Of a DNA stretch of 64,000 nucleotides, positions 57,245 through 64,000 are shown piece after piece. The translations under genes were made by a program, and so were the position numbers. Under the pieces are notes generated by a model. It made no database searches and was not told the DNA's origin. It saw only the letters and a program-made list of their open reading frames with translations. The DNA is from Candidatus Zixiibacteriota bacterium (GTDB taxonomy: Bacteria; Zixibacteria; MSB-5A5; GN15; JAAZOE01), in NCBI GenBank assembly GCA_043819555.1, contig JBDREQ010000025.1, positions 96,001 to 160,000 on the forward strand, given 5' to 3'. Within the stretch, counting starts at the first letter, position 1, and each line of letters begins with the position of its first letter.

Positions 57245-59929
57245 ATGAGCAAACGAAAGAGCCGAAATAAAAAAATATCTCATAGAAGAAAATCGCGCTT
57301 AAGCTCTATTCAGCCTGATGAAAATAACCTGAGACGACAATTGGAAAAAAATCCAGGGGACGACGATGCGCGATATCAACTGGCTCAATACTACTTTGAA
57401 TCAAAACATGCTGAGAAAGCTCTCGAAATTGCCCTGCCGCTTGCTCAAAATATCCCAGAACAAAATAAAAACAAAAAAGCGATAATTTATCGTTTTATTG
57501 CCTTTGCGGCTCTTTATGCCAATAGACTCGAAGAAGCTGAGGCATATTCAAAACAAGGAATCGTACTTGCGTATCATTCTCTCGATTTTTATTTTGTCGC
57601 CGCAATAACATCCGCCCGCCTAAATAAATTTGAATCGGCCAAAAAATATGCGGAAACATATCTGGATATTTGGGGCATGATAGACCATGGCGATAAAATA
57701 GCCAATCCCCTCAATCTTTCCTATAATATGAAATATCAGCTTCTCAGCGCTTACGGTGCCATTTTAAATGAATTGAATGACAGGGAAAAGGCCGAACAGG
57801 TTTTAATGGAAGCGATAGAAAATAATCGGGGGTTCGAACCAAGCTATATCAATCTTGCGGTTCTTTACAAATCACAAGGAGATTTTACAAAGGCATTTGA
57901 TATAATAAAGCAAGGTCTAAAATCCAATCCTAATTCTCCCAAACTGCGGAAAATGATCGACTGGTCTGACAATCGGGCTACAATTTCGGCCTGCATGATA
58001 GTGAAAGACGAAGAAGAATTTCTGCCGCGATGTTTGAAATCAATCAAGGATGTAGTTGACGAAATTATCCTCGTCGATACCGGATCGACCGATCGCACTA
58101 TCGAAATTGCCAAAGAATTCGGCTGCAATATTTATCATTATCCATGGAAAGGTGATTTTTCCTCAGCGCGAAACGAATCCATGAAGTACGCCACCAAAGA
58201 CTGGATTTTTATTATCGATGCCGATGAAGAACTTCCACCTGAAGAAATACCCCAGTTAAGACTTGTTACCAGTCAAAATGAGTTTGATATTATATCAATT
58301 TCGGTAATCAATAAAAATCTGGAATCTGGTCAGGTGACTTCTTTCTTACCTTCGGTTCGGCTGGTAAAAAGACATCTCGATTTGAAATATTACGGCATCG
58401 TCCACAACCGGCTTGATATTCCAAAAGACCTGCTCGCTTTGCGAAGCGAGATTCAGCTATTTCATTATGGGTATGATATCGCCCAAGACAAACTGGATAA
58501 AAAACTGAAGCGGTCAAAGGAACTTTTGGATAAACAGCTGGAGAAAAACCCAGATGATGTTTATGCCAATTTTAATATGGCCCAGCTTCTCCGGGGATAT
58601 AAAAACTCATCCAGTGAGGAAATTAGCCATAAAATTGTCGAACATGCCAACCGTGTCATAAATAATCCCGATTCAAAAAAACCGATGTATTTCGGGCAAC
58701 GAATAATGGCCCTTTATCAAAAAGCAATCGGTCTTTGTGCCTTGCGAAAATATGAAGAAGCGGAGGAGTGTTGCCGGGAAGCGTTAGAAAAGAAGCCCGA
58801 TTACCTTGATCCCATCCTTACTCTGGGTGATATTTATAATTATTTGACCCAATTTGAAAAAGCCAAAAAGTATTACCATTTATATCTGGATTCACAAAAG
58901 AGTTATAACGCGGGGGATGAAAAAGACAATATTATTTTGCATAATCTTGAAGCTCGACATAAAGCCTGGTTTGGATTGGGATTGATAGGCGAAGGGGAGG
59001 ACAATCCGGAGGAAGCGATAAATGCCTTTCGGCACGTTCTGAAAAACAAAGATCCCTACCTTGATACAGGCATGCGTCTTGGCAAATTGTATCTGGATAA
59101 CCATCGCATGGATGAGGCCGAAGGAATATTCCTCAAGGAAATTTCCCGAAATGACGCTGATGCCATTGCATATCATGGTATGGGCTGTGTTATGACAATA
59201 AGGAGAAAAGACTCCGAGGCCATTATATATTTGGGAAAGGCAATTCAATTAAAACCTGATTTTGCGGAATGCCGGCTTATGTTAGGCCAATTACAATCAA
59301 AATCAGACAATATTGACGAGGGATCAAAAAATATAATTACGGCCGCGGAATCAAACCCCTCAGATTCAGAAATCAATTTTGAAGCGGGAAATAGTCTATT
59401 TGAAATCGGCAATTTTGAAAAATCGATTGACTGTTATACAAGAATTCTGGCGACAAATCCGGATAATGGAAAGGCCCTTAACAATCTGGGAAACTGTTAT
59501 TTTAAGATGAATCAATACCAGCGAGCCGTTGAGATATACAATCAATTGCTAAAAATAAATCCGGATTACTGGCCGGCTTACAAGAATCTCGGCCTTTCAT
59601 ATTCCCACAATCAGGCCCCTGAAAAAGCCATTCCGGTATTAATGCAATACTCTAATAAAACGCCTGATGATATTGGAATATATAATGTTATGGGATGTTG
59701 TATGTCGGATTTGGGGAAGTATAATAATGCTATAATGTGCTTTGAAAAATATCTCAAAAGTTATCCCCGCGATTATATCTGTCTTTTAAATATGGCCGAT
59801 GCCTATTATAAGCTGGGAGCGATTGACGCCGCTGGGATGGGGTACCGGCAGGTTTTGGAAATTTCTCCCGATTGTTCAATGGCAAGGGAGAGACTTGACC
59901 GATTGGAAAGCGTTGGGGCGGCAAATTAA
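57245..59929 (+). CDS. TPR-rich GT2 glycosyltransferase (probable flagellin glycosylation)
   Basis: ISACMIVKDEE, VDTGSTD, DFSSARN, IDADE, HYGY, flanked by TPR repeats; adjacent to flagellin. Confidence 0.88.
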   Translation: MSKRKSRNKKISHRRKSRLSSIQPDENNLRRQLEKNPGDDDARYQLAQYYFESKHAEKALEIALPLAQNIPEQNKNKKAIIYRFIAFAALYANRLEEAEAYSKQGIVLAYHSLDFYFVAAITSARLNKFESAKKYAETYLDIWGMIDHGDKIANPLNLSYNMKYQLLSAYGAILNELNDREKAEQVLMEAIENNRGFEPSYINLAVLYKSQGDFTKAFDIIKQGLKSNPNSPKLRKMIDWSDNRATISACMIVKDEEEFLPRCLKSIKDVVDEIILVDTGSTDRTIEIAKEFGCNIYHYPWKGDFSSARNESMKYATKDWIFIIDADEELPPEEIPQLRLVTSQNEFDIISISVINKNLESGQVTSFLPSVRLVKRHLDLKYYGIVHNRLDIPKDLLALRSEIQLFHYGYDIAQDKLDKKLKRSKELLDKQLEKNPDDVYANFNMAQLLRGYKNSSSEEISHKIVEHANRVINNPDSKKPMYFGQRIMALYQKAIGLCALRKYEEAEECCREALEKKPDYLDPILTLGDIYNYLTQFEKAKKYYHLYLDSQKSYNAGDEKDNIILHNLEARHKAWFGLGLIGEGEDNPEEAINAFRHVLKNKDPYLDTGMRLGKLYLDNHRMDEAEGIFLKEISRNDADAIAYHGMGCVMTIRRKDSEAIIYLGKAIQLKPDFAECRLMLGQLQSKSDNIDEGSKNIITAAESNPSDSEINFEAGNSLFEIGNFEKSIDCYTRILATNPDNGKALNNLGNCYFKMNQYQRAVEIYNQLLKINPDYWPAYKNLGLSYSHNQAPEKAIPVLMQYSNKTPDDIGIYNVMGCCMSDLGKYNNAIMCFEKYLKSYPRDYICLLNMADAYYKLGAIDAAGMGYRQVLEISPDCSMARERLDRLESVGAAN

Positions 59930-59976
59930 CCCCCTTAATTTCAGCCATTTAATACAAAATACCTTCCAAAAACTTA

Positions 59977-60003
59977 TAAAGTCAAAGCGTAATATGCCGA
60001 TTT
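59977..60003 (+). promoter_or_regulatory. Sigma28 (FliA) promoter of flagellin
   Basis: TAAA-N15-GCCGATTT. Confidence 0.85.
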
Positions 60004-60050
60004 AATTAATGAATAAGTAGATAAGTACGGTCACGCTAACCGAACAATAA

Positions 60051-60181
60051 AAGGAATGGCGGAAGACTTGAATTTTGAATTGAAAAATAAACGATTGTTA
60101 ATAGGAATATTGTGCCATGGAGTGGCGGCAATCTTAATCCAAGGACATCGCGGGCATGGACGTCTCGCCATGTTTCAAGGA
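60051..60181 (+). promoter_or_regulatory. CsrA-binding sites in the flagellin leader
   Basis: ANGGA at 60051, 60117 (hairpin loop), 60141, 60156 (hairpin loop) and 60177 (over the SD). Confidence 0.7.
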
Positions 60182-60191
60182 GGAAAAGTAA

Positions 60192-62345
60192 ATGTCACTT
60201 CGCATTAACAACAACATTGCTGCAATCAACGCGCACCGCAATTTAACGGGAACCACCAGGTCGTTGGCCGGATCGATGGAAAAGCTCTCATCCGGTTATC
60301 GCATAAACCGGGCCAGTGATGACCCGGCCGGTTTGGTTATCTCAGAACAGTTCCGTGCTCAAATTGCCGGCCTTGGCCGCGCAATCGAAAACTCGGAAGG
60401 TTCCATTAACATGATTCAGACCGCTGAAGGCGCTCTGAATGAAATGAACAATCTCCTGGTATCCATGAGAGAATTGGCTATTCATGCCGCCAATGAAGGT
60501 TTTAATGACACCGATCAGCTGGCTGCTGACCAGGCCGAAATTGCAAACGCGATTGCTACAATCGATCGTATTGCCGCCAACACTCAATTTGGTACCAAGA
60601 AGCTGCTTGATGGCAGCAACGCCAACACGGCTACCATTACATCCTCAAATTCGTCATTATTGACGGTTTTGAACAGTCAGTTGACCACCGGCATCCATTC
60701 GGTTTCTTCTACCAAGTTAACTGATTCGACCTCGACTTTGAATTCCACCGCTCTGGGCCTTTCCCTGAGCAACACCGACGGCGACCCGGACAACCTGACC
60801 CAGGGCATCCATAATATTGATGTCGTTCAGGCTTCAGGTGGAGCCACTAAAACTTCAAATACCGTTTATGTGCAGGATTATTGGGGTAATGGCATGAGAC
60901 TCGCCGCCGCATCGGCAGTCGGAACAATCAACAGTACTGCCGTTGGAACAGTCTTGGCCAACAATCAGACCGTCACGGTTTCGTTCCGAGTGCAGGAAAG
61001 CGGAAGCGCAGTTTCTCAGAAGCAGTCGTTAACTGTTGCCCTTGCAACCGCTGATGGTCTAAACGAATTTGCCACCAAATTTAATACAGCTATTACCGCA
61101 AATTCAATTTTGAACGGCAAAATCGAAGCCTCGACGGATTCTCAGCGCCTCATCTTTGGAACAGTCAATGCCGGTTCTCAGTATTCATTCGAGATTGATG
61201 ATTGGTCGGCCGCTGCCAGTGTCGCCACTTTCACCAATGGCACGTCGGTTCGCGGTGTTTCCACAAACACGCTTGATTTTGATGTGGATAGTGAAAACCT
61301 GACTTTGGCCGCCAGTACCATGACGGTCGCGGCCGGTACGTACACCACTCTCGCTTCGCTGGTAACGGCTCTGGATGCCGCTTCAGGTACCGCCTACGGT
61401 AATATCGTCGGCGCCGTTCGCGAGATGGCCGTTCAGGCCAATGGCACCGATAAAATTAATTTCGTCACCAATGATGAAGGTTCCGATTATTCGGTCAGAA
61501 TGGTTGACACCGGAAGTGCTGATTCATTGCGCCAGGCTCTGGCATTGACTCTGGATGTAACATCGCACCAGGGTACCGATGCTATTGTTGCCTTTGATGA
61601 TTACAATAACAGCATCACCTCAGTCAAATATAATTCAACCGGAACTGCCACTCTGGCTAACAAAACCGGGACTACCGCGACTGTCGGCCGCGGTACTGTT
61701 GAGATGGTAGTTGGTAACGCCGTCAACGGTATTGATCTTGGCAATTTGCTGCTTGATGTTTCGGCGCCTACCTATAGTGTTTCATTAGACGGCGCCCCCG
61801 GCGCCACCGTTATAGGCGGCATAGATTCTTTGATTTACAATCGGGATCGTACCGAATCAATCAAGATGAATGTCGGCCTTCGCTCGACGGGCGGATCTGA
61901 AACCATAAATAATGTTGACCAGTCATTAATCTTCCAAATCGGCGCTAATGTCGGCCAGACCGCGAGGATTGGCGTCAGCAATATGGCGGCTTCAACACTT
62001 GGTAAGGGAATTGCCGGCAACTTGTTCTCGGATCTGTCTAAAATTGATGTAACCACCGCGGCTGGCGCTCAGGATTCTCAATCAGTTATTGACGCAGCCA
62101 TTAACGAAATAACAAGTATTCGTGGCACGCTTGGTAGTTTCCAGAAAAATACCCTGGAATCCAACCTGCGCAGTCTCCAAATTGCCAAACAGAATCTTAC
62201 CGCTTCAGAATCCACCATTCGTGATACCGATATGGCGGCCGAAATGTCAACTTTTGTAAAAAACCAGATTCTGCTTCAGGCCGGTACGGCAATGCTTGCT
62301 CAAGCCAACCAGATACCACAGGTTGTCTTGTCGCTCTTTAGTTAA
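60192..62345 (+). CDS. fliC: Flagellin (717 aa)
   Basis: MSLRINNN, LSSGYRINRASDDPAGL.ISE, QTAEGAL, FQIGAN, ESTIRDTDMA, LAQANQ. Confidence 0.97.
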   Translation: MSLRINNNIAAINAHRNLTGTTRSLAGSMEKLSSGYRINRASDDPAGLVISEQFRAQIAGLGRAIENSEGSINMIQTAEGALNEMNNLLVSMRELAIHAANEGFNDTDQLAADQAEIANAIATIDRIAANTQFGTKKLLDGSNANTATITSSNSSLLTVLNSQLTTGIHSVSSTKLTDSTSTLNSTALGLSLSNTDGDPDNLTQGIHNIDVVQASGGATKTSNTVYVQDYWGNGMRLAAASAVGTINSTAVGTVLANNQTVTVSFRVQESGSAVSQKQSLTVALATADGLNEFATKFNTAITANSILNGKIEASTDSQRLIFGTVNAGSQYSFEIDDWSAAASVATFTNGTSVRGVSTNTLDFDVDSENLTLAASTMTVAAGTYTTLASLVTALDAASGTAYGNIVGAVREMAVQANGTDKINFVTNDEGSDYSVRMVDTGSADSLRQALALTLDVTSHQGTDAIVAFDDYNNSITSVKYNSTGTATLANKTGTTATVGRGTVEMVVGNAVNGIDLGNLLLDVSAPTYSVSLDGAPGATVIGGIDSLIYNRDRTESIKMNVGLRSTGGSETINNVDQSLIFQIGANVGQTARIGVSNMAASTLGKGIAGNLFSDLSKIDVTTAAGAQDSQSVIDAAINEITSIRGTLGSFQKNTLESNLRSLQIAKQNLTASESTIRDTDMAAEMSTFVKNQILLQAGTAMLAQANQIPQVVLSLFS

Positions 62346-62353
62346 TAAATATA

Positions 62354-62391
62354 GGGATTTGGGGGAGGCTCAATTCGCCTCCTCCAATCTC
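62354..62391 (+). terminator. Stem-loop after flagellin (weak terminator or stabilising hairpin)
   Basis: GGGATTTGGGGGAGGC-tcaattc-GCCTCCTCCAATCTC; no U-tract. Confidence 0.5.
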
Positions 62392-62618
62392 ATAATCGCG
62401 CAGAATATATAGTCAGGGGAATCTTAAAATCGATTTTGCAATGGATAGCAAAAGATACAGGACGACAATAAGAATTTTAGACAGGGATTCGGGGGAAACG
62501 GTTGCGTCAAATCTTGCCGGTCATATACTGAGTCTGAGCGGCCATTTAAAAGAACTCCCTGGTTTAATTGTCGATCATATGGATCGATAAACAGAATTAT
62601 TGTACATAGGAGTTAAGT

Positions 62619-64000
62619 ATGCCGGGAACAAATTCAATAGACGGTCTGGCATCGAATCTTGATACTACCGCCATTATTGACGCAATGATTAATGCCGATC
62701 GCCAGCCAGCTGTCTTCATGGAAAGAGACAAAGCCTGGAAATCTCTAGAGATTACTAAGTTCAAGGCATTATCGGCGAGACTTCTTGCGCTGCAGTCAAG
62801 TATAAATGTTTTAAATGATGCTCGTGGTTTTTCGCAGGCCAGTATTCAGGTTTCCAATTCCGATATTTTGACTGCCTCGGCCGAATCGGCAATTGGTACC
62901 GGTACATATACATTGAATGTCAATTCTCTGGCTTCAAATCACCAGATTGCATCTCAAGGTTACACGGATGCCACTTCCGCCCTTTTGGGCACGGGAAGCA
63001 TTACTATTTCAATCGGCAATGATAATCCTACAACAATAAATTTAAGCGAAGATAATAATTCATTAATAGGTTTGAAAAACGCCATTAATGACGCCAATAT
63101 TGGCATCACGGCATCAATTATTAATGATGGTTCAACTTCAAAATCTTATCGCCTTGTACTGAGCGGAAATGAAACCGGAGCCCAGGAGACAATTTCATTT
63201 TCAAACACCTTGACCGGCGGAGCGGCGCCGGATTTTGTAAATTCTTCATTTGATAATCCGGAAACGGCAGGATTCTCGATTTCGGCGACATCTTTGGTTT
63301 CATTAGGAGCGACGTCATCCTATACCGGAACGACCAATAAAACGTTTACCTTTACAGTCGCTGGTGCGGGAACTCAAACTGTTGGTTCTGGAGATATCAC
63401 CTTAAACTGGACAGACGGAACAAATTCCGGGTCAATCGTTGTATCCGCCGCTGATACGGAAATCACCGGGCCGGAAGGTTTAAAATTGTCATTTGCCGAT
63501 GGCGATTTAATTGCCGGCGATACGTTTACCGTCTCGACTTTCGCGCCGCTGCTTCAGAAGGCTTCCGATGCTCAATTATCAATCGGTTCCAGCGATGATG
63601 GCGCCTCGCCAATCGTCATTAAATCGTCAACCAATACCGTCAAAAATATTATCACCGGATTAACGGTGGAGCTGAAAGAAATCACTACCGCCGAAACCGG
63701 TCCGGTTGTCATCAGCGCCGGAATCGATACCTCCGCCATTAGAACCAAACTTGATAACTTTATTAACGCCTATAACGACGTAATGGAGTTTATCGATACT
63801 GAAAATTCCTTTAACGCCGATACGGAAGAAGGCGGCGTCCTCATGGGGGATGTTACCGTTCAGACAATCCAATCACGGCTCTCAGGAATAATTATTAATC
63901 CCATTGTGGGGCTTGACAGGTCGATGAATGCACTTTCGGCGATTGGCATTCGCGTTGATCCAAAGGGTAAATTAGCCCTTAAATCTTCTGCCAAACTTAC
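62619..64000 (+). CDS. fliD: Flagellar filament cap protein FliD (3' partial; absent from the ORF track)
   Basis: AGGAG RBS; MPGTNSIDGLASNLDTTAII...LASNHQIAS...NAINDAN...YRLVL...FINAYN; frame runs off the window. Confidence 0.92.
   Translation, partial: MPGTNSIDGLASNLDTTAIIDAMINADRQPAVFMERDKAWKSLEITKFKALSARLLALQSSINVLNDARGFSQASIQVSNSDILTASAESAIGTGTYTLNVNSLASNHQIASQGYTDATSALLGTGSITISIGNDNPTTINLSEDNNSLIGLKNAINDANIGITASIINDGSTSKSYRLVLSGNETGAQETISFSNTLTGGAAPDFVNSSFDNPETAGFSISATSLVSLGATSSYTGTTNKTFTFTVAGAGTQTVGSGDITLNWTDGTNSGSIVVSAADTEITGPEGLKLSFADGDLIAGDTFTVSTFAPLLQKASDAQLSIGSSDDGASPIVIKSSTNTVKNIITGLTVELKEITTAETGPVVISAGIDTSAIRTKLDNFINAYNDVMEFIDTENSFNADTEEGGVLMGDVTVQTIQSRLSGIIINPIVGLDRSMNALSAIGIRVDPKGKLALKSSAKL

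Noticed and set aside
61411..61445. VREMAVQAN inside the flagellin variable region resembles the conserved RELAVQ motif
   Set aside because: Short match in a beta-rich context without flanking D1 helix similarity; probably chance

Overview
Chromosomal window from a diderm bacterium. A dockerin-tailed M6 protease, cohesin-like proteins and a T9SS/FlgD-type C-terminal domain suggest an FCB-associated lineage, most likely candidate phylum Zixibacteria; this is an inference. The left half (1-31.4 kb) is housekeeping and envelope genes: PilS-like kinase, double-parvulin PPIase, ltaE, split hldE, wbpB, tRNA-His plus hisS, ilvE-rpiB-glyA, cutA, nrdR, tatC, tRNA-Gly and der. A patch of REP-like palindromes surrounds tRNA-His/hisS. 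The right half (31.5-64 kb) is a flagellar region preceded by a partner-switching module and a FleS/FleR-like sigma54 two-component system. Most interesting observations: (1) a tRNA-His lacking G-1, with G1.U72 and A73, sits directly upstream of a HisRS with alphaproteobacterial-type signatures, i.e. a probable G-1-independent tRNA/synthetase pair outside its known clade; (2) a GAF-PP2C-kinase fusion plus STAS protein heads the flagellar cluster and is split by one in-frame TAA; (3) the flagellar cis-regulation is readable from sequence: two sigma54 promoters, each with a paired GGAA-N5-TTCC enhancer at 23-bp spacing, a sigma28 promoter and CsrA hairpins on fliC; (4) a candidate ECF-sigma-dependent sRNA has a seed complementary to SD-AUG-AAA; (5) an S9 peptidase lacks its catalytic serine; (6) cohesin/dockerin parts occur with no cellulases; (7) an unannotated 56-aa ORF lies between csrA and flgL.
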